Below, one piece after another: positions 19,721-36,800 of a DNA stretch of 64,000 bases. Position numbers and translations under genes: made by a program. A model generated the notes under the pieces. The model had not been told where the DNA came from. It did no database searches and worked only from the letters and a program-made list of their open reading frames with translations. The stretch comes from the human T2T-CHM13v2.0 reference genome, Homo sapiens. Each line of letters opens with the position of its first letter. Positions within the stretch are counted from its first letter, which is position 1. The DNA is taken from NCBI RefSeq assembly GCF_009914755.1, contig NC_060938.1. One strand, 5' to 3'.

Positions 19721-20434
19721 CAGAACTCTTCTGCTATCGCTTGGACTGGGGGTGGGACTGGGAGTGGAGGACACAGCAAAAGTGACAGCAGGCAAGACCA
19801 AGAGCAGGGCCTAAACCAGGCGTGAGCCAGGACCAGCAAGGGACTGGGTGTGGGTCTCAGGGAAATTCTGAGGCCATGGCAAGCCCGTCTCTCCTTAGAC
19901 TCCGCCTTCCTGCTTCCTGCGAGCCCTCGGACTCTGGCCGGCCTTGCTGTTAAACCTCGGTGGGGAGGGGGAGAAGGGGGTTCACGTGTTCATCTCTGCA
20001 GCAGTGGGACCCCCAGTGCTGCCCACCCCCTTCCCACACAGGTGCCCTGTAATCCAGATAATCCCTGCAGCTCCGTCCTGTCCCTTGTATGGCAAAAATG
20101 ACCTCCTTGGTTTCTTGCCGCCTAGTGTTATGTCACAGGGATAATGGCTTCTTCTCTGGGGTGGGGGGTAGTCAGGACAGTGCTTAGGGATTCTTGCCTG
20201 AGATTACAAACGGGGTTGGGGAAAGTGGGTGGTTGGCGGTGGGACTGTGGGAGGCGAGTATCTTGTGGGAAAGAAGGTGGCCTGGCCCCCAAACAGTTTT
20301 TGGTGGAAAGAGATGAGCTGGGAGGACTTTAGCCAAACAGGTGTAGATGCCCCACCTGCCTATCACATCCCCCATCACCCCCCAACAAGCCATCTCACAT
20401 TACACCGTGTATTGCTTTCAAATAGAACTCCACA

Positions 20435-20448
20435 GTTTCCATGGCAAC
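20435..20448. promoter_or_regulatory. RFX X-box with adjacent CACGTG E-box (20454-20459)
   Basis: GTTTCCATGGCAAC, consensus match. Confidence 0.55.
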
Positions 20449-21229
20449 TCACCCACGTGGTCGCTGCCTTAGAGGCTGGGGGATGGGGGGAGGGAAGGGC
20501 AGCTGACAAGAGGCACCAGCCTCCCAGAGGTGAGGGCAGAGTCAAGCTGGAGCCCGCCCTCTCTGCTGCCCACCCCCCGTTGCCCTGGCAGAGTCCCACC
20601 CGCCCAGCTCCCTGTGGCTGCCGCCCTCCCTTCACCCTCATCTCCAGGGCTCTCAGCTGAGGCTGCACAAAGCCCTAGGGAAAGAGTAGGTGGAGCTCCA
20701 GGACAAAGAGGCTGCCAGATCACTGCCCCCAGATGTGCCCTTGACCTGGGCCAGTCTGTGTCACTGTCGTGGGGCAGGGTCTCCTTGCAACTCTGGGCTC
20801 TTCTCGGAGAGGCCAGGGACGATCCTGCCTGCCCGGGAAGCACACCTTTGGGCGTGTCTAGTCTCCCCCACCTGTGAAATGGGGTCGGCACCCGGAACTG
20901 GGGTTGGGATTCTTGTTCTGGCTGATTGGGAGCTCTGTGACCTCGGGCATGGAACTTAACCTTTCTGAGGCTGTGTCTTCATCCTCACAAAAGGGATGGG
21001 CACATCTCCTCTCACGGGTGATGAGAGAAGCAAATGAGATGACATTCAGGAAAGTGCTTTATGAAAGGGAAAAAAAAGCATATAAAAGAGATAAAAGCAG
21101 AGACTCTTCTAGTGAAATCGGAGGACACTCGGATGGCGTCCACCCTTGGCCTCCCGTCTGGTCCAGGCCCAGCTCTACTGCATAGAACCCCGCAGTTCAG
21201 AAAGCCTTGTGATTAAAAAAAAGAAATGG

Positions 21230-21522
21230 GGGCGGGCACGGTGGCTCACGCCTGTAATCCCACCACTTTGAGAGGACAAGGCGGGTGGATCATAAGGTTA
21301 GGAGTTCGAAACCAGCCTGGCCAGCATGGTAGAACCCTGTCTCTACTAAAAATACAAAAATTAGCTGGGCATGGTGGTGCATGCCTACAGTCCCAATCTA
21401 CTCAGGAGGCTGAGGGGAGAATCACTTGAACCTGGGAAGAGGAGGTTGTGGTGAGCCAAGATCACGCCACTGCACTCCAGCCTTTGCAACAGAGCGAGAC
21501 TCCTTCAAAAAAAAAAAAAAAA
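21230..21522 (+). mobile_element. Alu
   Basis: Full dimer with A tail. Confidence 0.95.
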
Positions 21523-21899
21523 AGATTTGTTAAGGCCCCCACCTTCCTGTCCTGTGTATTTCCTGATCTTTCCTGACTTGACTCCTACCAAGAGCATCTC
21601 CTTATGGCCAAATATCTAGTCAAGGACCAGTGCGCCAGGAGCACTTCTTGTTGTCCCATGCCCACCAAACTGAGTTTGAGGCCTGCCCAACTGGTGGGGG
21701 CTCACCCAGCTTTGTCCCCAGGGAGGCAGCCAGAACATTGCAGGCTGAGCTTAGCAGAAGGGTGGGGCAAAGGGAGAGGAAGAAAGAGGCCAAGACATTT
21801 GCGGGACCGCCTGTCCCAGCTAAAGGGGCTTGCACCTGCCCGCCTGCCTCTCTCTCCCTCCTGGCTCCACACACCAGCTCATGAAAAGCACAGCCCCCA

Positions 21900-22329
<430 letters not shown>

Positions 22330-22523
22330 TCATCCATCAAGGGGGGGTGGTCTCTGAGGCCCCCTTTGGCTCTAAAACACTGACTCGGCAATTCTCTGCA
22401 GCAGCAGAAGCCGCAGCATCCTCTGCAAAGCCCAGCCCCTTCCTCTCTGTCACCTCACTCTGCAGTGCCCCCGAATCCCAGAGAGTGTGGCTTTCATTAT
22501 TTTTTCTTTATTTTTATCAAAGG

Positions 22524-22567
<44 letters not shown>
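22524..22567. repeat. (TA)n(T)n simple repeat
   Basis: Direct reading. Confidence 0.9.
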
Positions 22568-22621
22568 GGTCAAAAATTGTGTCTCCCCTGAGACAGTGCA
22601 GCCTCTGAGCAGGCTCCCCTT

Positions 22622-22635
22622 GTTTCCATGGTGAC
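22622..22635. promoter_or_regulatory. RFX X-box
   Basis: GTTTCCATGGTGAC. Confidence 0.45.
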
Positions 22636-23361
22636 AGCAGCTGGCTCACATGTGTGGTTGCTTTGGAAACGAGTCTGGTTCTCCTCCCTCCTCTGCCTCT
22701 CCCTTCCTTCCTCAGCTGCCTGAGCACACCCTCCTCCTCCTTCACACTACTTGGGGTGCAAAGAAAGGGCCATGAGAGGTCCCAAGCCTCATGGGAACAA
22801 ACCAGGTCCTGGCTCCTGTGACCTGGCCAGGTGACCAGACCCTTCTCTGGGCCTGACTTCTGCAGAGGCTCTCCTTCCACCCACCAGAGTGAGGCTTTGC
22901 TGACATGAGGCAGGGGCACTAACAGCCTTGAGCACTCTAGACAAGGACCCAAATGAATCTCGCTTCTGCCAAGGGCGGGGCTGCTTCTCCCCTCCCCAGG
23001 GGCACAGTCCCAGCATGCAGCCCACCCAGGCCTGGGCCCCTGGCACCCTCTCATGGTATACTAAGCCCTTTTCTGCCAAAGCATAGATGTGTAGAAGAAA
23101 AGGAAGGATTCTTGGGGAGGAAATCAATGGCAATAGACACAGAGAGAGAGGAGAAGGGACTTCCGTAGAGAGCCCTGTCTTGTTTGTCTGTAGATGCTAT
23201 ATAGATTTATGTACAATTTTTCCCACTGACATGTAGGCACCAGAAAGGGAGGAACCCTGCCTGTCTTGTCACGGAGGAGTCATCAGTGTCTGCCAGAGGA
23301 ATGAATGGGTAGAGAGAAAAAAATAACACATTCCAAAATGTGAACAGTGATTGTTTTCTAG

Positions 23362-23684
<323 letters not shown>

Positions 23685-25139
23685 CTTGCTACTTTTCTTT
23701 CATGAGCATATATTAAATGTATAAAAAGAATAACAACATGTTTATTTATTTGATCTTAGAGAGAAAAATGAGGGGAACTTGGAAGAGGCCAGAATGGATG
23801 GAAGTATAGGCTCTTCTCCTTCCACGCTGGGGCAGGCATGTGACTATCCATTCCGATCTTCTGTCACTCAATGGGGCCCAGAAAGGTGCAGTGATTCTCC
23901 AGCTGTCACACAGGGAGTTGTAGTATTTGGAATCCGTCCAGTGAAAGAGGAGCCGGAGATCTGAAGTCGGAACCTGAGAGAAACGCTATCAACCCAGCAC
24001 ACTGCATATGCTGTTTATTGAGATGATAATGGTGTTGGTGGCCTAAGGACACATACCAGTAGCCCAGGCAGGCTTCAGCCTAATTCTCCCAACCGAAGGT
24101 AGATGCTGGTGTCCCCTTCCCCACTCCCCTCCTCCACCCTGTCTCCCAGGCCTCAGATTGAGCATTTGACTCACTCATGAGAAAATACAGCAGTCCCTAG
24201 AGAACTTGAAAGCTGCACTTGGCTGACAGAGCCAAACGGGAAAGTTCCAGCTCCTCTCCTGCTCTGCAGGGCAAGCAAAAGGCATTCTCAAGGTCAAAGA
24301 AAACATCATGCAGATTCTTGTCCTCAGCCAAGGGCACACTTCTCTGTTTTCTTCCCCAACCTGCAGCCAACACACAAGGAGTAGACCCAGCCTCCTGGGG
24401 AAACCTGAGTGGAGGAGAGCCAGGTCTGGCATGGCTGGGAGGAGTGTGCATCCTGCACTGTGGGAGCAAAGGGGCTCTCGAGATCCTCCTAATGATCCCA
24501 CCATCCCCCTCTTTGATGGACAGACAGACAACAGGGGTGGCAAGGGCTTGCCCTGGCTCATCCCCAGCCAGCTCATCCTGCCAGCTATAGAGGCAGAGGG
24601 AAAAATGGAGAACAAAGAGGGGAGACACAGGAGGGAAGGAAAGGAGAAAGGAGGGAACCGTTCCTGACTCCCCCTGCCACCAGGGAGAGGGGCTTGCCTT
24701 GCTCCTCTGTGCTCCTCAGCCACAAGGCCACTGCGAATAGGCAGGGATGGGCAGAAGGTCAAGGATGGAGGGAGGCCAAAGATGGGACGGTGGGCATGGA
24801 ATGGGGAGGGTTGGGTGATTTGTTGATGCCGTGTTGCATTCAGTGCTTGGTAACAAAAACAAAGCTGAAAACTTAAGTTAGTACTTTTACCATCACAAAA
24901 CCTTCACAGCAAGAAAACCATCATATTCACAGGGTTATGATTTCCCTGGTACTACCTAGTCTGAGCCGTGGCCCTGTGGCAAGACTGTCTTTTTGCTGCC
25001 TCCTCACCAATGCAGAGCAGGCATAGCTCTAGGCAACCACCCCACTTGTCTTCCCTATGTTGGAGCATAACTAAGGGTCAGATGGCCTGACAATGAGCAA
25101 GGAGTTGTGTCCGCTCTAAAGTCTCAGAGGACTTTCTTC

Positions 25140-25230
25140 TACAACACCTCTGATTAAAGGCTCATCCAGTCTCTGCTTGAATACCTCCTATGACAGGGAT
25201 CTCATCATCTTACAAGTATCTCATTAAAAC
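25140..25230 (+). mobile_element. CR1/L3 fragment
   Basis: CATCCAGTCTCTGCTTGAATACCTCC..GACAGGGA resembles the CR1 3' end. Confidence 0.5.
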
Positions 25231-25238
25231 CCAATCAG

Positions 25239-25695
<457 letters not shown>

Positions 25696-26003
25696 TTACT
25701 CCCCCAGGCAGGTCTTCCTGTTTCTAGAAAACTTTTCAAGCTCCCTACTTGCCCTTCCCCCCACCTTCAAAAAAATTGTTTTGCGGTTGGCCCTTTCTGC
25801 AAGCCTCAGCTCCGTGCAGGCTGCAGCGTGCCGGGTTCTATTCTTGCTGTCTCTGCTGCTCCTTTATTCCTGCCCTTGGTTCTGTGCCCTTCCTCCAGCT
25901 TTGAATGTGTCCTTCCCCAGTCTGAGCTCATCTGCCAGCCTGCGATGATCCACTTTGTCTCTCAGGCTCCTCCCTCTCTCCTTTGCGTCAAGACCTTTCG
26001 TGA

Positions 26004-26449
<446 letters not shown>

Positions 26450-26513
26450 TGACTCAGGTGGATGTGCTACCATTCTCCTTGCAGAGGCCTGGTTTCTTTG
26501 AAGATGGGGAGAG

Positions 26514-27257
26514 TGTATTGGTTTCCTGGGCTGCCATAACAAATGACCACAAACCGGGTGTCTTAAAACAACAGACATTTATTCTCTCACAGTTCTGGAA
26601 GCCAGAAGTCTGAAATCAAGGTGTTGGCAGAGCCCTCTCTCTCTCTGAAGGCTCTGGGGAAAAATCCTTCCTTGCCTCTCCTAGCTTCTGCTGTTTGCTG
26701 GCAATCTTGGGTGTTCCATCACCCCACCTCCGCCTCCATCTTCACAAAGCCTTCCCCATGTATTTGTGTCCAAGTTTCCTTCCGCTTATAAGGATACCAG
26801 TCTTGGCTGGGCACGGTGGCTCACGGCTATAATCCCAGCACTTTGGGAGGCCAAGGTGGAGGCAGATCACCTGAGGTCAGAAGTCTGAGACCAACCTGGG
26901 CAACATAGTGAAACCCCATTTCTACTAAAAATACAAAAAATGTAGGTGGGTATGGTGGCACGCACCTGTAGTCTCAGCTACTCAGGAGGCTGAGGTGGGA
27001 GGATCACTTAAAACTGGGAAGTGGAGGTTACAGTGAGCCAACATCATGCCACTACACTCCAGCCTGGACAGTGGAGTGAGACTGCATCTCAAAGAAACAA
27101 AAAAAAGGACACCAGTCTTTGGATTTAGGGCCCACCTTAGTCAAGTATGCCCTCATCTCTACTTGATTACATCTGCAAAGACCCTATTTCCAAATAAGGT
27201 CACATTCATGGGTTCCAACTGGACATGAATTTGGCGGGGGAGCTATTTGACCCAGGA
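26514..27257 (-). mobile_element. MLT1B/C-like LTR interrupted by Alu (+, 26805-27106)
   Basis: TGTATTGGTTTCCTGGGCTGCCATAACAAA..ATTTATTCTCTCACAGTTCTGG; Alu TSD AAGGA(T/C)ACCAGTCTT. Confidence 0.85.
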
Positions 27258-27422
27258 TTCTCCCTTACCCTCATCTTTGATTTTTCCCTCTGTCTTATCC
27301 CCACCACTCCCAAGAAGCTTTCAGGTCAGCCTGACTGCTCCTCCTTGACATCTGCCTGTCTGTCTCCTCTTCACCATGCTGACAGCCAGGGCCTTCCCAT
27401 TTAGCACAGACTCTGGGGCTTT

Positions 27423-27572
27423 TCTTTCTTTCTTTCTTTCTTTGTCTGTCTGTCTGTCTGTCTTTCTTTCTTTCCCCTCTCTCTCTCTCTTTTTTTTTTT
27501 TTTTTTGCGACAGAGTTTCGCTCTTGTTGCCCAGGCTGGAGTGCAATGAGGTGTGAGCCACTGAGCCTGGCC
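27423..27572 (-). mobile_element. Internally deleted Alu with compound microsatellite tail
   Basis: Both Alu ends present, TSD ACTCTGGGGCTTT. Confidence 0.85.
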
Positions 27573-27589
27573 AACTCTGGGGCTTTAAT

Positions 27590-28350
27590 AAGGAAACTTG
27601 AACATGTTGCTTCATTTCTCTGGGCCTGAGTTTCCTGACTTGCAAAGTGGACATAATAGTAGTACGGTGCCTACTTTACAGTACTATTGTGATGATCAAG
27701 TGAACTACTCTGTAAAGAGGCAGAGAACAATGCCTGGCATGGAAGCATGGCTGTTACTAGTATCTTGTCCGGCCTCCATCACGTCTAGCATGAAATACTG
27801 CAAAGGCTTCCTAACCAGCTGCCCTCTAGCTTCAGTCTTCCAGCACACCACACTGTCTTCAAAACACAAATCTTACCTTGTCACTCTCTGTCATCTGAAT
27901 GTGCTCCACTGCATCCAAGTATTCACAGCAGAGCACACAGGGCATTTGGCAAGGCAAGTGCTTTATACCTGCCTAGACAGCCTTGTCTCACTTCTTGCTG
28001 TTCTGTGCATTTCGATACACACGCTTGTACTCACCGCAGCTCCAGCAAGCCCTCTGGCTCTCTCCTGCCTCTCCACCTTTGCATGGCTGCTCTGCTCCCT
28101 GGGTCTCCCCGACCCCTTCTCTACTTGGATGTCTGCCACTTCTCCCTCTGGATACATTCAGCTGGGTCCTACCATCTCCAGGTCACCAACCACTACTCCT
28201 GCACCTTCCAGCCTGTGCCAGGGGTCCATATTCTGGGGTCCTGCCCTGTCTCTGCCCTTCACAGCTGTGAACTACTCCAGGAACAGGACTGTATCCCTTC
28301 TCTGCATTTCAGACCAGCCCCTGGAACACAGTAGGTACAGGGAGGAGTGA
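27590..28350. mobile_element. MIR (-) and L2 fragments
   Basis: CTCTGGGCCTGAGTTTCC..; L2-like 3' end CCTGGAACACAGTAGG. Confidence 0.55.
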
Positions 28351-29254
28351 AATGATACTTAGTCTTCTAGACCCTGCCGGGGCCCCTTTGATCTGCATCC
28401 CTCTACTTCCCATTCCACTTGACACCAGTCTACCTTTGCCAGGTCATTGGGACCCTCTGTCTCCCGGCAGCCCCCAGAGCCTCCTCTTCTCCACCTCCTC
28501 ACTGTTCTTTAGCCTCCTCCTGCCTCTGGGCCTCTCCAAAGAGCTCCCTCTCCCCCTACCTGCAATCTCAGCTTGTTTCCTTTCGTCCCTAGCTTGGGCC
28601 ACTCACCGGCTCTTCTTCTCTCTGGACTGCTATTTGCTTCTGTAACTGGGTGATTTGCATGCACTTGTCGTTTGGGGATGCATTTGTGGACACCGTCTTG
28701 GTGGAACAGTTGTGCCGAGCTGGGTGTCAGCAGGAGAGTGGCCCCCAGAGGGGTGGGAGGCAGCTGTGGAGAGCAGTAAACGCTCACCCCCAGGAGATTT
28801 TCATCAGCCTGAGAGCCTGTGCTCCCTCTCCACCCAAAAGCAACACCTCAGGTGCCCCCTTGGGATTTGCAAGGGAAGGGGATACCTCAGCCCCTGAGAC
28901 TTGTTGCTGCCAGAGGACAAAGTGGCGTGAGGAGGAAGCCTCTCTCCTGGGGAGTCCTGCCATGGGAAAGACTCCTCTTGAGGCTGCTTGAAGCCCACCT
29001 GCAGGCAGAAAAAAGAAAGGCCTGGGATGCCTTGGCCTTCAGAGGGCTGGGGAGCAAAAGCAGAGAGGGTCTGCTCCAGGCAGCGCTGGGTGACAGAATT
29101 ACCCGTAGCCCCAGGGCCCAGCTGGAGGGACTTTAATAGAATCTGTATTCCTCACCTGGCCCCTTTTCTCCTACGCGCTGTGGGGAGGCGAGCCCAGAAC
29201 CAGCAAAGGCCTGTCTGTACCTACAGTGCCCATGTTAGCAGCAAGGCCCAGCCT

Positions 29255-30763
<1,509 letters not shown>

Positions 30764-31726
30764 GTACCTTCTTTTGACTCTTAAATGATACTCCTTGACC
30801 CCTAAGTTTTCCCCAATTCTCAAACTTCCAAGCAGCTGGAAGTGCCCCACCCATCCTGATAAGACATCTCTGGAAGCTCCCTCAGTTTCCCGCCAAACCT
30901 CCCTTCTACTTTGCTTGCCAGTGCCAGCAACTCTGTGAAGATATGATGGGTGGCCATTGCCTCCAGTCGCCCTAACAGAAGGCCAGGCCTGGGGCAGGGC
31001 CCAACCCTTCTGCCCAGTCTGCAAGCCCTGGGCTGCTACTGATGCCACAGAGAGGCCAGAGCCAGGAGCTGGGCTCAGCACAAGAATGGCGAGTCCCTCA
31101 GCCCAGTGGCCCAAGGGCAGCACCAAGCCCTCGCCTCCACTCCAGCCCCTGTCTCCCCTCTGTTTTGCATTCCAGGCCCATTCCCCACTTTGATGAAACA
31201 GTAACCATTTTCTAGCTGCCCCATGCTCTTCTTTGCATTATTCATGGGCTCCGGTCTCTTTGCTACCAGCAGGCACAGGCTGCTCTCCTGCTGCATTAAG
31301 GGAGTAAAAAGGTACAGGCCCTGGTGAAACAGCACCCCCTCCCTTCCCTTCCCACTTGCCCTTTTCTTCGCTGCCCTTTTCCTAAGTCAGGAGGGTGAAG
31401 AAGAGGGTCTGTGATGGCCCTGCACACCCCTCGGGGCCACTGAGAGCCCATGGTTATTTGCTGCTTCTCATCTGGACCCAGTGCCTGCTCCATGGGCCTG
31501 GCTCTGGAGAGGTTTCGGGAGAGCCAGCAGATGAGCTTGGGAACAGCCCTTCCTGCAGAGGAGATTCAGGTTTCTCCCGCCCAGCTCTGCCAGCCCCCAG
31601 CCCACAGCCCTGAGCTTGCCTCACTCATCTCTTAAGTGAAAAAAGGTCACATGGGGACCACTAGATCTGAGCAGACCAGAAGGACATGTCCTCTTGGTCC
31701 TGTTCCTGCTCCCTTGGCCTTGCAGT

Positions 31727-32037
<311 letters not shown>

Positions 32038-32536
32038 CAGTCTTGCTGTCTTCTTTACTCAACCAGGGCAGGTGACAGGGACCTTAGACAGCTCACGATG
32101 CTGGGCTTTCTTGCCTCCTTCCCTAGTCTTCCACCTGCAATCCGGCAACTTCTCCCTTTGCCAGGAAAGGATGCTGAACGGGAACATTCACCATTGGTTG
32201 GACACAAAGCTGGCTTTCCTTTCATCACCTAAGATGCCATCAGCGGCCTGCTGTGTGGCCTAGTCTTCCCCAACCCATCCCCAGGCTGGCCCTTCAACCC
32301 CAGCTAAGTTCTGAGGGCCCCAGGTTGGGTCATAGCCTCCATCCCTAGAGGATGGAAGCAGGCTCGAGGCCACCTCCTCTGAGGCTCCCCAGCTGCCTGC
32401 TTCAGTGACCCCGCATGGCTTCCCTGTGGGATGCAGACCAAAGGTTCTGGATGGGGCCCAACGGTGCTGGGTAGGCTGTCAGGATTACTGAGCTGTAGTG
32501 CTCTGTTGTGCAGTCACTTACTCATCATATTTATTC

Positions 32537-32835
32537 TTTTTTTTTTTTTTCTTCTGAGGCAGAGTCTGGCTCTTTCGCCCAGACTGTAGTGCAACAGCAC
32601 AATCTCGGCTCACTGCAACCTCCCTCCCGGGTTCCAGTGATTCTTGTACCTCAGCCTCCTGAATAGCAGGGATTACAGGTATGTGCCACCACGCCCAGCT
32701 AATTTTTGTATTTTTAGTAGAGATGGGGTTTTGCCATGTTGGCCAGGATGGTCCCAAACTCCTGACTTCAAGTGATCCACCAGCCTTGTCCTCTTAAAGT
32801 GCTGGGATTACAGGCGTGAGCCACCGTGCCCAGCC
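32537..32835 (-). mobile_element. Alu within a MIR (+, to ~32970)
   Basis: TSD CA(T/C)ATTTATTCTTT. Confidence 0.93.
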
Positions 32836-33689
32836 CACATTTATTCTTTCAACAGCTCTTCGAGGCAGGGGATATTTATCCCCTCTTCACAGATAAAGAA
32901 ACAAAAGCTCAGAGAGGTTAGCACGAGCAAGGTCACACAGCCAGCAAACGGCAGGGCTCAGATTCTCTAACAACTCCGGCACAAGGGGTCTCTTCCATCA
33001 GCGCTCCCCACCTGACCCCCAGTCCTCCCTGCCACCTTTCCCAGGGCCGGTGCAGGGGGCTGAGGGTGCCACGCCCAGCTGGCTGGAGATGCAGCAGCTC
33101 TGCCTGCCCCTGAAGGACCCAACTGCGAATCAGCAGCCTGGTATCCAGGCAACCAGTCTCCCTGGCTTCAGATAAGCAGAAACAGCTGGGAGCTGCTGAG
33201 GCTGGAACACCATCAGGGAAGGGAGGAGGAGCCCACCAGCCAGTCAGCGTGTTATTTTAACACGTTGTTATTCTTACCCTCTCAGACCTTGGCTTGACTG
33301 GGCCCTTTCCCCCAAGCTTATCCTTGCCACTGCCACAGGGGATGGGTCTCCAGGGGTTCCACCTAGCCCTGAGCCTGGCACAATTGAGGTGACGTAAGGG
33401 GAGAAATGTTGGCAGTCCCTCTTTCCGTGAGCAAGGGAGAAAAGGAAAGTTGGCCAAAGGCTGCCAAGATTAAGAGGCTCTGGGGTGACTTCATAAGCAG
33501 AAGTAGTTGAGTTTCACCTTTTGGAGCCTCCAGGCCTCAATGAGAGGTTTTCCACCCCCCTATACCAGGCTAGCTGAGTACAGGTTCAGCTGGATAACCC
33601 CATCCAACACCCATGATGGCAGCAGCAACTGGGCTGGGGGTGAAGGAAGCCATGGGGACACGTGGACTGTCAGACAAGCGAGGTCTGGC

Positions 33690-33860
33690 TCAGCCCCAAC
33701 TCTGCTGACGACAAGTTTGGCCACGCCTCTCTGAGCCTCAGTTTCCTCATCCATAAAATGGAGACAATCATGCATACCCTGCTGGCTGGAGGTGGAAAGT
33801 AAGTGAGGAAGGCCTGTGAAATGCCGGGCATCATGTCTGACACAGTGGGTACTAACATGG
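33690..33860 (-). mobile_element. MIR
   Basis: CTCTCTGAGCCTCAGTTTCCTCATCCATAAAATGG. Confidence 0.85.
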
Positions 33861-34531
33861 TTCTCCTCCCCTCCTCATGTTGGGGCCTGCCCTGCCTGGC
33901 CTGGCCACCTCTCTCACACAGGATTCTGAACTCTCCAGGGCTATTTCTGTCTCCTGTTCTAAAGGTCAGTGACTTTCCTGGGATATGGCAGCTGCTGCCT
34001 CTTTTCCACCTCTAAGTGGCATTAATCCCATGCCAGGGGGACAGTGGTTGCCCCAGATGGCTTTCCCCATCCCCTGCCTTTATCCAGAACTGGCCCAGGC
34101 ATGTCCACCCTCTCTTCTACACATAGACCCCCAAGGCTACCGCCAGGCCTGGAGCTTGGCCATTTTTGACTGACTCATGACCAGAATATTCCACCGTTCC
34201 TTCAGCACTGGGCCCACCAAGGCTCTTCATTGACTGCCTTGGCCTCTCTCCCTAGCGCCAGCTCCAGGTGATGCCCGGCCCTCCCTAAGGGCTGATGGAC
34301 TTTTCCCACAAGGAGGCTTGGAGAACAGGACAGGAAGAGAAAGCGTGCCCGCCCTGCTGGGGAGCCTCAGAGGCACACTCCCCTCCTCTCCTCCAGGGAC
34401 TGGCAGGAGGGGATTACCTTGCCTCAAAGTGTCCCTTATCCCAGAATTACTGCCCACTTTCACCCCTGTGCTGGGGGGAGCAGGGAGAGCTGCCAGTGAG
34501 TGACATTCACCTGTAACAAGAGCCCAGAGCA

Positions 34532-34861
34532 GGCTGGGTGCGGTGGCTCACGCCTGTAATCCCAACACTTTGGGAGGCCGAGGCGGGCAGATCACCTGAG
34601 GTCGGGAGTTTGAGACCAACCTGACCAACATGGAGAAACCCCGTCTCTACTATAAATACAAAAAATTAGCAGGGCGTGGTGGCACATGCCTGTAATCCCA
34701 GCACTCGGGAGGCTGAGGTAGGAGAATCGCTTGAACCCAGGAGGCGGAGGTTTCAGTGAGCTGAGATCACACCATTGCACTCCAGCCTGGGCAACAAGAG
34801 GAAAAACTGTCTCAAAAAATAAAAATAAAAAAATTTAAAAAAAGAAAAAAAAAAAGAAAAA
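34532..34861 (+). mobile_element. Alu (Sp/Sq-like)
   Basis: TSD CAAGAGCCCAGAGCA. Confidence 0.95.
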
Positions 34862-35142
34862 CACCAAGAGCCCAGAGCAGAGCACTCTGCAGCCTGACAG
34901 CAACTAAAGTAGGCTGGGGAGGGGTGTGGCCTTCAGGAGGCTCAGGCCCCATCAGTACCCAAAAGCACACCCGCCTTGGGATTGGCCCATCCTGCCAGCA
35001 CTGGCGACATTGATGGAGTGGTTTCCACGTGTAAATGGTGCCATCTATTCACCAGCTCATGCCCCAGCAGATCCCTCATAGAGAGGGAACTGTTGTCATT
35101 CCCATTTTACAGAGGATGCAACTGAAGCTCAGGGAGTGCTGA

Positions 35143-35618
<476 letters not shown>

Positions 35619-35941
35619 TGAGCTCCCTGAAGGAAAAGTGAGAGGATGGGCAGCCAAGGCCTGGGCTGGGGACAATGGAGGTCTCATCTGGGTGGTTGAG
35701 AAGAAGGAAGGATAACTTGGTGACAGCTGAGTGTTCTCTGAGCCAGGTTTTTTCCATTTTCCAGCCAAAATGGAGAAAGGAGGAAAAGGCAGCCTCTGGG
35801 CTGGGGTGGGGAGAAGGAGAGCAGCTTCCTCCTCTTCCTCAGCCCAGCCCCAGCCAGTGTGTCCCATTCTTCCTGGCACCCTCAATCCCCTCTGCCTCCC
35901 CTCATGTGGAATTTCTGGGAAAGAACCAAGACTCCAAAGCA

Positions 35942-36006
35942 AGATAAATAGAAGTGAAGGGGGCTTGGGAGGAGCATTCCAGGGCTAAAAATAACAGGGT
36001 CAGCTG
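35942..36006. promoter_or_regulatory. Candidate muscle-type enhancer module (GATA, M-CAT/TEAD, MEF2, E-box)
   Basis: AGATAA 35942, CATTCC 35975, CTAAAAATAA 35985, CAGCTG 36001. Confidence 0.5.
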
Positions 36007-36331
36007 GCTGGAAGAGCAAATGGCCCCTAGCCCCTCCCCATCTCCCCCAGGGCCGGCTCCCATCCAGCCCCCCTCCTCTCTCAACTGGGCTCCCAACCTG
36101 GGAAGTCTGGAATACCAGTCTCCTATCACCATGCCCATGATCCCCTTTCCAGATCCCTCCCCAGCTGCGGGGCCACAGTCAGGGGAGGTAGGGAGCCCAC
36201 CCCACCTAGGACCTCCCCTTCCACAGCACCCACTGGAAAGCGTGGGCAGCTACAGTGGGCCCACAGCCTGGCAGCTACGCTTCTCGCCTGCCTTCTCTAT
36301 CATTTATTTATGTTAACAAAATACAAGTTTG

Positions 36332-36764
36332 GGCCGCGTGCAGTGGCTCATGCCTGCAATCCCAACACTTTGGGAAGCCAAGACAGGACTGCTTGAGCCC
36401 AGGAGTTTGAGACCAGCCTAGGCAACATAGCAAGACCCTGGCTCTACAAAAAATAAAAATAGAAATGATGAGTTAGCAATGTGTGGTGGCGCACCCCTGT
36501 GGTCCCAGCTACTTGGGAAGCTGAGGTGAGAGGATCACCTGGGCCCAGGAGATCGAGGCTGCAGTGAGCTATGGTTGCACCACTGCACTCCAGCCTGGGT
36601 GACAAAGTGAGACCCCTGTCTCTAAAAAACAAACAAAAAAACAGCCGGGCCTGGTGGCTCACGCCTGTAATTCCAGCACTTTGGGAGGCTGAGGCGGGCA
36701 GATCACTTGAGGTCAGGAGTTCAAGACCAGCCTGGCCAACATGGTGAAACCCCATCTTTACTAA

Positions 36765-36800
<36 letters not shown>

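Noticed and set aside
27598-28350. 250-aa ORF on the + strand
   Set aside because: Overlies MIR and L2 fragments, non-ATG start, no recognisable domain
34201-34221. TTCAGCACT, left half of a REST/RE1 site
   Set aside because: Right half (GGACAG) is missing
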